64,000 bases of DNA. Origin: Candidatus Hydrogenedentota bacterium (lineage in GTDB: Bacteria; Hydrogenedentota; Hydrogenedentia; Hydrogenedentales; Hydrogenedentaceae). Where the stretch lies: assembly GCA_026415215.1 (NCBI GenBank), contig JAOAHN010000113.1, positions 45,337-109,336 of the forward strand, read 5' to 3'. Both the position numbers and the translations under genes were made by a program. Positions 37,894 through 47,936 of this stretch are shown here, piece by piece. How positions within the stretch are numbered: the first letter of the stretch is position 1; each line of letters opens with the position of its first letter. The notes beneath the pieces were generated by a model. That model saw nothing but the letters and a program-made list of their open reading frames with translations, did no database searches and was not told the DNA's origin.

Positions 37894-38850
37894 CTAACCA
37901 AACCTTATTAAAACCTTTAACGATTCCTTTTCCTTGGCTTTCTCAAAAGCCACCAAAAAATTATCCGCGTCATATATACCACTAATTAGATAATCTACCT
38001 TTACCATACCAGAAGAAAGTGATTTTATAGCAGGTTCAAACCTGCCACATCGAGACCCCAAAATGGTAACCTCGTTAACCACCAATCTGGATAAATTCAG
38101 TTTGAAGCAATCTGCAACTGTGCTCTTCAAAACGATTACTCCACGCGGTTTGACTATACCAATTGCATACTCCAATGCAGTGGGATTTCCAGTTGCATCA
38201 ATTACTATATCTGCATTAAAAGGTAATCGACATTCCCTAAATTTACAACACCCTATATTTAACTCTTTCAAAAATCTCAATTTCTTATCATATTTTCCAA
38301 TGCAAATGAATTTTGAAACCATAGGAGAAAGAACCTGAGAAAGTAACTGTCCCATTTTTCCATCACCCAAAACCACTACTGAATCAGTTGGCTTTACTTG
38401 AATCTGCTCCAAAACTCTATAACATGCAGCAAGAGGCTCGGTAAATACTGCAAATTCATTAGGTATAGCATCTGGAAGTGTATGGAGATTTGCAACGGGG
38501 ATAGATGCATACTCAGCAAAAACCCCATCCCTACCATAAATCCCCAAAACAGTTCTATTATAGCAATGTCTGTATTCTCCTACCCTACACATCTCACATT
38601 GATAACAGGGACAGTTAATCTCCGAAACAACTCTCTTGCCTATAAGGGCTTTATCTTCGGCTTCTTCCACCACTCCTACAAACTCATGCCCAAGCACACC
38701 GCGGAAATTCATATAACCATTACATATCTCAATATCCGTCCTGCATAACCCACCGAGTAAAACTTTTACCAGTGCCTCCCCTGGCTGAAGCTTAGGTAAA
38801 GGAATGTCTTTTAAGCATAGTCCCTGCTCATCAAAAACCACTGCCTTCAT
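37894..38850 (-). CDS. zinc-binding alcohol/polyol dehydrogenase (MDR family)
   Basis: GHEFVGVV catalytic Zn motif, a structural Zn Cys cluster (CPCYQCEMC) and a Rossmann fold GDGKMG. Confidence 0.75.
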   Translation of the reverse strand: MKAVVFDEQGLCLKDIPLPKLQPGEALVKVLLGGLCRTDIEICNGYMNFRGVLGHEFVGVVEEAEDKALIGKRVVSEINCPCYQCEMCRVGEYRHCYNRTVLGIYGRDGVFAEYASIPVANLHTLPDAIPNEFAVFTEPLAACYRVLEQIQVKPTDSVVVLGDGKMGQLLSQVLSPMVSKFICIGKYDKKLRFLKELNIGCCKFRECRLPFNADIVIDATGNPTALEYAIGIVKPRGVIVLKSTVADCFKLNLSRLVVNEVTILGSRCGRFEPAIKSLSSGMVKVDYLISGIYDADNFLVAFEKAKEKESLKVLIRFG

Positions 38851-38894
38851 CTAACATCCGAGTCCGTGCGATAAAAAACTTATATTATGCAAAC

Positions 38895-38986
38895 TGGCGG
38901 AGAGAGTGGGATTCGAACCCACGGTGCCGGAGACCCGGCACAACGGCTTTCGAGGCCGCCGCCTTAAACCACTCGGCCATCTCTCC
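38895..38986 (-). tRNA. tRNA-Ser (anticodon CGA)
   Basis: Folded by hand on the minus strand: 7-bp acceptor stem, anticodon loop CT-CGA-AA, a long variable arm (tgtgccgggtctccggcacc), T-arm GTGGG-TTCGAAT-CCCAC and an encoded CCA. Confidence 0.8.
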
Positions 38987-39180
38987 GCTTTTGGGTTGAT
39001 TATACACCACAGAACTTAACCGAGGAAACTTGAATCTTTAATCCAATCCCTCTCATAGTGTATAAAATTAATTGTATATAATAACCCAATTATAAAGATA
39101 TTTGATAACCGAACAGAAATCGAGTTAGTTTGTGTTAAAATAAGACATAATACAATAACTATGTATTTGTATATATAATT

Positions 39181-39203
39181 AACTTACTTATAATAAGTAA
39201 GTT
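39181..39203. promoter_or_regulatory. perfect 23-bp palindrome AACTTACTTA-TAA-TAAGTAAGTT upstream of the DUF2892/RND operon
   Basis: Read directly from the sequence. It lies about 80 bp upstream of the DUF2892 ATG in an extremely AT-rich region. Confidence 0.3.
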
Positions 39204-39284
39204 ATGAATAATATATTTTATGGCATACATTTTGCTAAAAATGTTAGCGTAAGATAAAAATTGATTCAATTAAGGAGATTGAAT

Positions 39285-39476
39285 ATGACCATTGAACAAT
39301 TACTAAGATTAATCGCAGGGAGTTTTATCATTCTATCGCTTGCCCTTTCATTTTTGCATCACCCCTACTGGCTATTTTTCACTGCCTTTGTGGGTCTAAA
39401 TCTGTTACAATCAGGAATTACTAACTGGTGTCCTATGATGTGGTTTTTAGAAAAACTCGGATTCAAATATAGATGA
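39285..39476 (+). CDS. DUF2892 (YgaP C-terminal-like) small membrane protein
   Basis: LQSGITNWCP motif and two TM helices. The ATG at 39285 with RBS AAGGAG was preferred over the TTG start given in the ORF track. Confidence 0.55.
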   Translation: MTIEQLLRLIAGSFIILSLALSFLHHPYWLFFTAFVGLNLLQSGITNWCPMMWFLEKLGFKYR

Positions 39477-39539
39477 GGATTTAATTATAACTTAACCCCG
39501 CAATTTCTCCGTCTAAAAAAGAAAGGAGGTTGTACAAAA

Positions 39540-42446
39540 ATGAATCCAGGGATGAAATTAATAAACTTATCAGTAAAATATCCAAAAACTACAATAGGAA
39601 TTACTTCCTTAATAACAGTACTTATCATTCTAATAGTGGCGATCTCCAATCTAACGAACCTCTTACCATTCATTCCAAAAATAAAAATAGATACCGACCC
39701 CGAAAACATGCTTAGAAAGGATGAACCTGTTAGAGTATTTCACAATGAAATGCAAAAACAGTTTACAATATATGAGATTGTAGTTTTAGGCGTAGTTAAT
39801 GAAAAACATCCGCAAGGGGTCTTCAACGCAGAAACACTAAATAAAATTTATCAATTAACCGAATTTGCAAAGACTTTACAATGGGAAAATCCTCAAAATC
39901 CAGATTCCTACGACGGTGTGATACCTCCTGAGATAATAGCCCCTTCTACTGTAGATAATGTGGAACAGGGTGGAATTGGTGAAGTCCGATTTGAATGGTT
40001 GATGCCCACCCCGCCCAAAACTGATGAAGAAGCCTTAGTAATAAAGAAGAAAGCGGAGAAATTACCATTTTTAAGAAATACCCTAATTTCAGAAGATGGA
40101 AAAGCAATCGCTATATACATACCGATAACAGCCAAAAATCAAAGCTACAGAGTAAGTAAATCTTTAGAGAAAAAAATTGAGGAGATTAAGGGAGAGGAAA
40201 AGTTTTATATCACTGGCCTCCCTGTAGCCAATGACACATTCGGAGTAGAAATGTTCAAACAAATGAGTATATCTTCTCCACTCGCAATGATAGTTATTTT
40301 TCTCCTAATGTGGTTTTTCTTCAGAAAAATTATTCTAATCCTTTCTCCGCTTATAGTAGCAGTGATTACTACCGTGTGGACAATGGGGTTATTAGTCCTT
40401 TCCGGAAACACAGTGCATATAATGAGCTCTATGATTCCTGTTTTTATTATGCCTATTTCAGTCCTGGATTCAATTCATATCTTATCCGAGTTTTTTGAGA
40501 GATATTCCAAAAATAAACCTAGAAACGAAATCATAATGGATGTTATGAATACGCTTTTCTACCCTATGCTTTATACATCCTTAACAACGCTTGCGGGCTT
40601 TGCTTCTTTAGCTCTCACTCCAAATCCTCCAGTGCAAGTATTTGGAATATTTATAGCGATTGGAGTTGCTATCGCTTGGATTCTAACGATGACTTTCATA
40701 CCTGCGTATGCAATGCTCCTTTCTGAGAAAAAACTCGAAAATTTTGGCGCCTCAGTCAAAAAAACTTCTCATGAGGAAGAAGAAAAGTCGATACTCGCTA
40801 AATCCTTATATGCATTAGGTAGATTTACTTACAATCGCTATAAATTAATACTTTTAGGAACCGCTATATTAGTAATAACTGCTATTTACGGTATAACTCT
40901 AATAGAAGTAAATGACAATCCTACACGGTGGTTTAAATCCACTCACAAAATAAGGATTGCTGATGCAGTATTAAATAAACATTTCGGTGGAACTTACATG
41001 GCATATCTTGCTCTGCGTTCTGATGAAAGCCAATTTTCCTTTGAAAATTACGAAAAAGACTTTAAAAAGAGACTAAAAAACTGGTTTGAAAAAAATGGAG
41101 TAGAAGAACAAAAATCCAGAGAAATAGTAGAGAAAACCCATAACGAACTCCTTAATATCTATAATACTCATCGACCAAATGAGCTTAACTCTACGCTCGA
41201 AGCCTTACAGAACTGGTGCGAAGAACAACTAAACAATTCAGATACACAATCACAAGAAGTTTGGGAACTAACTGAAAGATTCGTGGGACTTGAACTCCAG
41301 AGAGACGAAATATTCAAACAACCAGAAATGCTCCAATATATTGAGCAGATAAACTCTGCTATGGAAAAGACTGGTATAGTTGGGAAAACTAATTCTCTCC
41401 CTACACTTGTAAAAACTGTTCACAGGGAATTGATGGGAGGTGACGAAAAAGAATATAGAATCCCTGATACATCCCGAGCTGTAGCCCAATGTATCATAAC
41501 CTACGAAGGTAGCCATCGTCCACAAGACATTTACCACTTTGTTACCCCTGACTACAAATCTGCAAGTATTTGGGTTCAATTGAAAAGTGGTGATAATAAA
41601 GATATGACAAAAGTAGTAGAGGCGGTAGATAAGTTCATTAAGAGTAATCCTCCTCCATTTCCACTGAAATATGATTGGTATGGACTTACCTATATTAATG
41701 TAGTGTGGCAAAAGAAAATGGTCATAGGAATGCTTGAAGCATTTTTAGGCTCGTTTCTGGTTGTGTTGGCGATGATGATTATATTATTCCGCTCAGGGCT
41801 GTGGGGCCTCCTAAGTATGATTCCTCTCACTATAACAATAGGAGCAATCTATGGAGCTATAGGACTAATCGGAAAATACTATGATATGCCTGTAGCAGTG
41901 CTATCATCTCTTACATTAGGGCTTGCTGTTGACTATGCAATTCATTTCCTTGCAAGAGGAAGAGTAGCCTATAACGAAACAGGTTCGTGGGAAAAAGCTC
42001 ATACAATACTCTTTGGGGAAACTGCTCGTGCATTGTATAGAAATATCATAGTTATAGCCTTAGGTTTTACCCCTCTACTACTCGCACCTCTTGTTCCGTA
42101 TATTACAGTAGGAACATTTATGGCTTCTATAATGCTCTTTTCAGGTATCGGCACTCTTATTATCCTCCCAGCGTTAGCAAGACTATTTGAACCGCTATTA
42201 TTTCCAAAAAATAGATTATGTAGTATTACCTGTATGTGTAATACTTGCATAGTCACAGGAATTACTATAGTTGCTGCAGTAGCTCTCAACCTCTATCAGT
42301 TCCTTAACATAGGTTGGACTAAACTAACCTGGGTATCGCTTACAGCGATACTAATACTTTCTGTTGTATGTTTTATATCATCTCGAAGAAATCAGTGCAA
42401 GCCTTGTATAGAAGATAACAAACAACAAAATACAAACCTAAAATAG
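39540..42446 (+). CDS. MMPL/RND-superfamily exporter (HpnN-like)
   Basis: 968 aa with two 6-TM bundles, each followed by a large periplasmic loop. This is the SSD/MMPL architecture. Confidence 0.8.
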   Translation: MNPGMKLINLSVKYPKTTIGITSLITVLIILIVAISNLTNLLPFIPKIKIDTDPENMLRKDEPVRVFHNEMQKQFTIYEIVVLGVVNEKHPQGVFNAETLNKIYQLTEFAKTLQWENPQNPDSYDGVIPPEIIAPSTVDNVEQGGIGEVRFEWLMPTPPKTDEEALVIKKKAEKLPFLRNTLISEDGKAIAIYIPITAKNQSYRVSKSLEKKIEEIKGEEKFYITGLPVANDTFGVEMFKQMSISSPLAMIVIFLLMWFFFRKIILILSPLIVAVITTVWTMGLLVLSGNTVHIMSSMIPVFIMPISVLDSIHILSEFFERYSKNKPRNEIIMDVMNTLFYPMLYTSLTTLAGFASLALTPNPPVQVFGIFIAIGVAIAWILTMTFIPAYAMLLSEKKLENFGASVKKTSHEEEEKSILAKSLYALGRFTYNRYKLILLGTAILVITAIYGITLIEVNDNPTRWFKSTHKIRIADAVLNKHFGGTYMAYLALRSDESQFSFENYEKDFKKRLKNWFEKNGVEEQKSREIVEKTHNELLNIYNTHRPNELNSTLEALQNWCEEQLNNSDTQSQEVWELTERFVGLELQRDEIFKQPEMLQYIEQINSAMEKTGIVGKTNSLPTLVKTVHRELMGGDEKEYRIPDTSRAVAQCIITYEGSHRPQDIYHFVTPDYKSASIWVQLKSGDNKDMTKVVEAVDKFIKSNPPPFPLKYDWYGLTYINVVWQKKMVIGMLEAFLGSFLVVLAMMIILFRSGLWGLLSMIPLTITIGAIYGAIGLIGKYYDMPVAVLSSLTLGLAVDYAIHFLARGRVAYNETGSWEKAHTILFGETARALYRNIIVIALGFTPLLLAPLVPYITVGTFMASIMLFSGIGTLIILPALARLFEPLLFPKNRLCSITCMCNTCIVTGITIVAAVALNLYQFLNIGWTKLTWVSLTAILILSVVCFISSRRNQCKPCIEDNKQQNTNLK

Positions 42447-42457
42447 GAGAAACTACC

Positions 42458-43264
42458 ATGAGAAAACTTTATTATCCTTTAATAACCTGCATAGCTATTT
42501 TGGGTTCCTTGCTTTTCACAAGGAGCACGCATCCCCAAGACCTAACAAATGTAAATGAAATAGTGAAAAAAGCAAACCATTCCGCCTACTATCAGGGAAA
42601 GGATGGCAAAGCGGTAGTCAAAATGACCATAAAAGACGCACAAGGTAGAGAAAGGACAAGAGAACTCACAATATTAAGAAAAAACATGGACGATAAGGAC
42701 GAGGAACAAAGATTCTATGTTTATTTTCATCAGCCTGCAGATGTGAGAGATACAGTCTTTATGGTTCATAAGTATGTAGGGAAGGATGATGACCGCTGGC
42801 TATACTTACCAGCCCTTGATGTAGTCAAAAGAATTGCTGCATCGGATGAAAGAACAAGTTTTGTAGGATCTCATTTCTTCTACGAAGATGTTTCAGGTAG
42901 GGGAATAGACGAAGATAATCACGAACTGATAGAAACTACTCAAAACTTCTATGTGCTGAAGAATACCCCTAAAAATCCTCAAAATGTAGAGTTTGACTCG
43001 TATAAAGTTTATATTCACAAAGGTACTTTTCTTCCTATTAAGGCAGAATATGAAAAGAATGGAAAAGTTTACAGGGTAATGGAAGCCTTAGAAGTTAAAG
43101 AAATTCAAGGATATCCGACTGTTATCAAAGCCAAGATGACTGATACTAACATAGGTGGAGAAACTCTTCTCGAGTACTCTGAAGTAAAGTACGATATTGG
43201 ATTACCAGACGAAGTATTTACCGAGAGATTTTTGAGAAAACCACCTCGGGAGTACCTCAAATAA
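42458..43264 (+). CDS. LolA-like outer-membrane lipoprotein-sorting family protein (MMPL partner)
   Basis: Signal peptide and a conserved WLYLPALDVVKRIAASDERTSFVGSHFFYEDV block typical of the LolA-like family found next to MMPL transporters. Confidence 0.55.
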   Translation: MRKLYYPLITCIAILGSLLFTRSTHPQDLTNVNEIVKKANHSAYYQGKDGKAVVKMTIKDAQGRERTRELTILRKNMDDKDEEQRFYVYFHQPADVRDTVFMVHKYVGKDDDRWLYLPALDVVKRIAASDERTSFVGSHFFYEDVSGRGIDEDNHELIETTQNFYVLKNTPKNPQNVEFDSYKVYIHKGTFLPIKAEYEKNGKVYRVMEALEVKEIQGYPTVIKAKMTDTNIGGETLLEYSEVKYDIGLPDEVFTERFLRKPPREYLK

Positions 43265-43295
43265 ACATTTAATAATATTGTTTATTAAATCATCA

Positions 43296-43330
43296 AATGG
43301 TGGAGTTTGTCTCCACCATTTTCTACTTTA
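43296..43330 (+). terminator. rho-independent terminator after the RND operon
   Basis: aatggtggag-tttgt-ctccaccatt hairpin followed by TTCTACTTTAT. Confidence 0.55.
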
Positions 43331-43414
43331 TATGAAACAATCTTTGAGGAAATGTTATCATTTATTAATAAAAATCTTTCCTAATTTCAAATTGCTAACT
43401 GAGTAAAGAGAACT

Positions 43415-44872
43415 ATGATACGGACAAGAATCGCTCCCTCGCCATCGGGATTTCTTCACATAGGCACTGCAAAAACCGCTTTATACAACTGGTTATTTGC
43501 AAAAAAACATGGCGGAAGGTTTATTTTAAGATTGGAAGATACAGATGCAGAAAGAACGGATGAACAGTATGTTCAAGGAATGTGTGAGGGATTTAAATGG
43601 TTAGGAATAGAATGGGACGAAGGCCCACCTTTTGGCGATATTCCTGAAAAAGGCGAATATGGTCCTTACAGACAAAGCCAGAGAAAACACATTTATAGAA
43701 AAGAAGCATATCGTCTACTTGAAGAAGGGAAAGCATATAAATGCTACTGTTCCAAACAGGAATTAGAACAATACAAAGATGATACAGGTAATTTATACTA
43801 TCCTGGTTTCTGCCGTAATCTAACTCCTGAGAGAATAAGAGAAAAGGGAGATGCACCATATGTAATCAGATTTAAAGTTCCTGAAGGCGAAACCATTGTG
43901 GAAGACTTAATCCAAGGTACGGTGCGATTCAACAACAATCAATACGACGATTTTATCATTCTTAGAGCCAATGGAGACCCAGTATTTCACCTTGCCGTTG
44001 TAGTAGACGATATTTACATGAAAATATCCCATGTCATCCGCGGAGATGACCATCTCACTAATGCTCCAAGACACATAATGTTATTTAGAGCCCTTGGAGC
44101 AGATTTGCCTAAATTTGCTCACCATCCTCTTGTGCATGATGAGCAAGGGAGAAAATTTAGTAAAAGAATGCATGGTGCAAATGTTTTAGATTGGAGAGAT
44201 GATGGGTACTTACCAGAAGCCATTATAAACTATGTTGCATTGTTAGGATGGACTTCAGAAGAAGAAAACAAAGAATTCTTTACACTCCAGGAACTTCTTG
44301 AAAAATTCACTTTAGAACGAATTAGTAAATCAGCATCGAGGTTTGATAGGAGAAAGTTAGAGTGGCTAAATGGCTTGCACATCAGAAATCTACCCGTTGA
44401 CGACCTGAGAGATAGATTAATACCCATTCTCGAAAAACATGGATTCAATACTTCCACTAAATCAAAAGACTGGCTCACAAAATTAGCAAAAATATGCCAG
44501 GAAAAATTGCCTACACTTAACAGGATTGTTTTTCTCTCCGATTTCTTTTTCAAAGATTTCGAAACCTACGAGCCAGAAGGAGAAAAAAAGTGGTGGTCTC
44601 AACCTGAGATAGTAATATCTCAGTTTAACCTTATACTTGAAAAAATCAAAAATATTGAAAGCTGGGACTGTGATAATATTAAAAAAGCATTTGAGGAGAT
44701 TTGCTCTCAGCAAAACATTAAAATAGGCGCACTTGTAAATCCAACAAGATTAGCCATTACTGGAAAAACTATAGGACCAGGATTCTTCGAGTTAACAGAA
44801 CTTTTAGGAAAAGAAAAAACTATTGAAAGACTAATAAAAGCCATAGCATATCTGAAAAACAAAGGAGCATAA
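43415..44872 (+). CDS. gltX: glutamate--tRNA ligase
   Basis: HIGH-type motif (SPSGFLHIGTA) and KMSKS-type motif (KFSKR) across 485 aa. Confidence 0.9.
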   Translation: MIRTRIAPSPSGFLHIGTAKTALYNWLFAKKHGGRFILRLEDTDAERTDEQYVQGMCEGFKWLGIEWDEGPPFGDIPEKGEYGPYRQSQRKHIYRKEAYRLLEEGKAYKCYCSKQELEQYKDDTGNLYYPGFCRNLTPERIREKGDAPYVIRFKVPEGETIVEDLIQGTVRFNNNQYDDFIILRANGDPVFHLAVVVDDIYMKISHVIRGDDHLTNAPRHIMLFRALGADLPKFAHHPLVHDEQGRKFSKRMHGANVLDWRDDGYLPEAIINYVALLGWTSEEENKEFFTLQELLEKFTLERISKSASRFDRRKLEWLNGLHIRNLPVDDLRDRLIPILEKHGFNTSTKSKDWLTKLAKICQEKLPTLNRIVFLSDFFFKDFETYEPEGEKKWWSQPEIVISQFNLILEKIKNIESWDCDNIKKAFEEICSQQNIKIGALVNPTRLAITGKTIGPGFFELTELLGKEKTIERLIKAIAYLKNKGA

Positions 44873-44874
44873 CC

Positions 44875-45849
44875 ATGAAATATATAGTTGGGATAGATTT
44901 AGGAGGGACAAATATAAAAACTGCTATTGTATCAGAAGAAAAGAAAATCATAGGTAAAATAAGCGTACCTACTCCTGCCCAAGAAGGTCCAGAAGCGGTA
45001 ATGGATAAAATGGCAGAATCTGTTATTAATCTCTTAAAAGATTCTAATTTATCAAAAAATGATATTCTTGCAGTAGGCATAGGCGCTCCAGGGCCTTTGG
45101 ATTGGAGAACCGGAGTAGTATATAGTCCACCTAATCTCCCTGGGTGGCACAATGTCCCATTAGCCCAAAAGATGAAGGAGCGTCTAAAACTACCCTGTTT
45201 TGTAGAAAATGATGCTAATGCTGCGTGCTTCGGAGAATACTGGTTAGGTGCAGGGCAGGGTTGCGAGTGCATAGCAGTTTTTACTTTAGGAACAGGTGTA
45301 GGTGGTGGCATTATAGTATTTAAACAACTTCTAAGAGGAATAGACGGAACTGCAGGTGAGTTAGGGCACTTAAAAGTTCAAAGAGATGGGAGACCCTGTG
45401 GATGCAATTCACGAGGATGTCTTGAGGCTTATGCATCCGTAACAGGGATGATAAAAACAGCAATTGAAGGGATAGAAAAAGGTAGGAAAACTATTCTTTT
45501 GGAAATGTGTGGAAACAATCCCCAAAAAATAACAGGGAAAATGATATCTGAAGCAGCAGAAAAAGGAGATGCTTTTGCTGAGGAGGTTTTCTACGAAACA
45601 GCAGTATGGCTTGGTTTGGGTATAGCAAGTGTAGTAAACATGTTAAATCCTGAAAAAGTTATCCTATGTGGAGGGATGATTGGAGCGGGAGAGAGACTCT
45701 TTGCCCCTGTAAGAGAAACTGTGTTAAAAAACGCTTTCGAAGTCCCAGCTCAAAGGTGCAAAATTGTCCCTGCAGGGTTAGGGGAAGATAGTGGAGTTTA
45801 TGGTTGTGCAGGTTGTGCTTTAACAAGATACTATGAAGAATACAAATAA
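44875..45849 (+). CDS. ROK-family glucokinase
   Basis: N-terminal DLGGTN ATPase motif and a ROK Cys/His zinc motif (GRPCGCNSRGCLE). Confidence 0.8.
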   Translation: MKYIVGIDLGGTNIKTAIVSEEKKIIGKISVPTPAQEGPEAVMDKMAESVINLLKDSNLSKNDILAVGIGAPGPLDWRTGVVYSPPNLPGWHNVPLAQKMKERLKLPCFVENDANAACFGEYWLGAGQGCECIAVFTLGTGVGGGIIVFKQLLRGIDGTAGELGHLKVQRDGRPCGCNSRGCLEAYASVTGMIKTAIEGIEKGRKTILLEMCGNNPQKITGKMISEAAEKGDAFAEEVFYETAVWLGLGIASVVNMLNPEKVILCGGMIGAGERLFAPVRETVLKNAFEVPAQRCKIVPAGLGEDSGVYGCAGCALTRYYEEYK

Positions 45850-45867
45850 CCTCACATCTTAATTAAA

Positions 45868-46896
45868 ATGTTTTTAACTGTCACTCCAAATCCTTGTATA
45901 GATAAAACAATATTCATTCCCCAATTCAGACCTGGTGATAGAGTAAGGTCTAAGAATTATTCCATTATCGCTGGTGGAAAAGGAAACAATGTTGCGAGGG
46001 TCCTGAGATTTTTAGGATTTAATGCATACGCTCTTTTATGGGTAGGAGAATACACTGGGAAAGAAGTGATTCGATTGCTTAAAGAAGAGGACAAAGTTAA
46101 GCCTATTCCAGTTTGGACAAAAGTAGCAACTCGAACAATAACTACAGTGTATGAGGAAGAAAAGAAGAGACAAACTGCATTCTTTGAGCCCGGCCCAAAC
46201 ATTTCCACTACTGAATACAAGAGAATGGTTAAAGCCTTCAAAAACACAATTTCTCTCAAAAAAATTAAAGTATCTATTTTCTCCGGAACAGTTCCCGACC
46301 CATCTGCTACAAGCTTATACAAAGACCTAATTGAAATAGCCAATACTCACGGGATAAAAACGATTTTAGACTCCTATGGACCAGAATTTGAACAAGGATT
46401 GAAATCCCATCCATATTTAGTCAAACCAAATCTAAAGGAAGCCGAGGATTTTTTCAAGTCTCCACTTCCAACTCTGCAAGACCAAATTGAAGCTATTGAA
46501 ACCTTCGTTAAAAAATACAAAGTTGCTATAGCATGCATATCCCTTGGAGCAAATGGCTGTATAGCCACTGACGGCGAAGCATATCTTCATGCCATACCTC
46601 CCAGAATAGAAGAAATTAATCCGGTAGGCTCCGGAGACGCATTAGTTGCAGGATTAGCAATTGGAGTAATCAAAAAATATCCTCTCCCAATTTCTGTGAA
46701 ATTAGGTGTAGCATTAGGCACCGCTAACGCTATGAGATGGGAAATTGGAAAATTTAATATTAAAGACCTAATTAAATCCTATCAGGATACAAAAGTATAT
46801 TTAATTAAGAATCTAAAGTATAATCAACGAACTTTACTGAAAGAGCATATACCTTTGGATAATCTAATTCCAAAGATAACACATTTTTCTCAGTAG
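45868..46896 (+). CDS. PfkB-family sugar kinase (1-phosphofructokinase/tagatose-6-P kinase-like)
   Basis: Typical GGKGNNVA and C-terminal GSGDA motifs. The C-terminal ~30-aa tail overlaps the convergent lpxK by 92 nt. Confidence 0.7.
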   Translation: MFLTVTPNPCIDKTIFIPQFRPGDRVRSKNYSIIAGGKGNNVARVLRFLGFNAYALLWVGEYTGKEVIRLLKEEDKVKPIPVWTKVATRTITTVYEEEKKRQTAFFEPGPNISTTEYKRMVKAFKNTISLKKIKVSIFSGTVPDPSATSLYKDLIEIANTHGIKTILDSYGPEFEQGLKSHPYLVKPNLKEAEDFFKSPLPTLQDQIEAIETFVKKYKVAIACISLGANGCIATDGEAYLHAIPPRIEEINPVGSGDALVAGLAIGVIKKYPLPISVKLGVALGTANAMRWEIGKFNIKDLIKSYQDTKVYLIKNLKYNQRTLLKEHIPLDNLIPKITHFSQ

Positions 46897-47839
46897 TTAA
46901 CAGGGGAACATCTCCTAATATCACTTCACGAGGAAATAAACAATGGTCACGATAAACAAACTTGTTTCTTACCCTAATCCCCAAAGCACCCAGCGTCTTA
47001 AAGAACACATCGGGACTTCCCAAAGCGCAATACAAATCCACTTCCATATTTCGAAAACTATCTATACCCAGTTTTTCTTTTGTATCCCACTTAATCCATT
47101 CCACCGGTAAATACCTTATTAACCTAATCCGTTTATGGATTCCACAATAAGACTTCAATTCATCAATTAGTTTCACTAAATCATCTTTCCTTATATAATC
47201 AGCGTGTGTTATATAAATTTCAGTAGCTCTCCCAAGCGAAGTTAACGGTTCTCTTAGAATGCCCGCAGGAAAAATTCTTTTGTTTCCCCAAGGATTTAAG
47301 GCATTTATCAAAACGACATCTTCATCTTTTTCCACCATTAGATACTGAAACCCATCGTCCAAAATAGCAATGTCAAAGCCTAATTCCTCCGCAAAAGAAA
47401 GTGCTCTTACTCTATTACTATCCTTTAAAACAGTTACTGAGGGAAGTTTGAATAAAACGAGAGTCAGCTCATCTCCTATAATTCTGCAAGCTTCTGGAAT
47501 TGACACCAATTTCTCTTTAATCTTTTCCTTTCCCCTCCTGTAAAACTCTAACATAATCTTCCCACCTAAATTTCTTCCCAAAACAGTCCCCAAAAATTTC
47601 TTACCCTTATATCCTCTACTTACCACACATACCTTCTTCCCATTTTTAAGCTCTAACTCTGCCCTACTTAAAACTGCAGGAGTCTTTCCAACTCCTCCTA
47701 ATGTAATCCCCCCGAAACTTACCACATACAGACCAAATTTTACCTTCCTCCTCCTACTTCTAAGCCACATTCCAAATCTCTGAAAAATACTTAGAAGATT
47801 TAGAATAGGCATAAAAAGATTTTTGCTTTTATTTAACAT
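46805..47839 (-). CDS. lpxK: tetraacyldisaccharide 4'-kinase
   Basis: P-loop GGITLGGVGKTP and LpxK length and architecture. Confidence 0.8.
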   Translation of the reverse strand: MLNKSKNLFMPILNLLSIFQRFGMWLRSRRRKVKFGLYVVSFGGITLGGVGKTPAVLSRAELELKNGKKVCVVSRGYKGKKFLGTVLGRNLGGKIMLEFYRRGKEKIKEKLVSIPEACRIIGDELTLVLFKLPSVTVLKDSNRVRALSFAEELGFDIAILDDGFQYLMVEKDEDVVLINALNPWGNKRIFPAGILREPLTSLGRATEIYITHADYIRKDDLVKLIDELKSYCGIHKRIRLIRYLPVEWIKWDTKEKLGIDSFRNMEVDLYCALGSPDVFFKTLGALGIRVRNKFVYRDHCLFPREVILGDVPLLTTEKNVLSLELDYPKVYALSVKFVDYTLDS

Positions 47840-47868
47840 ATCTTATAAATGATAAACCATTTACAAGA

Positions 47869-47897
47869 AATCCGAGAAGCTTCCGCCCCTCGGATTC
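47869..47897 (-). terminator. candidate terminator downstream of ilvC
   Basis: aatccgag...ctcggatt hairpin, followed on the minus strand by a moderately T-rich tract. Confidence 0.35.
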
Positions 47898-47936
47898 CTC
47901 GTAGTTTTATATCCTATTACAAAACTGTACAAAAAA

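Noticed and set aside
38851-39260. Genomic island or integrated element at tRNA-Ser
   Set aside because: No integrase/recombinase gene, no repeat of the tRNA 3' end and no phage or IS genes were found. There is only an AT-rich spacer.
39485-39715. ORFs of 74 aa (minus) and 61 aa (plus) overlapping the start of the MMPL transporter
   Set aside because: They overlap the well-supported 968-aa transporter start region with its RBS (aaggaggt) and have no independent support.
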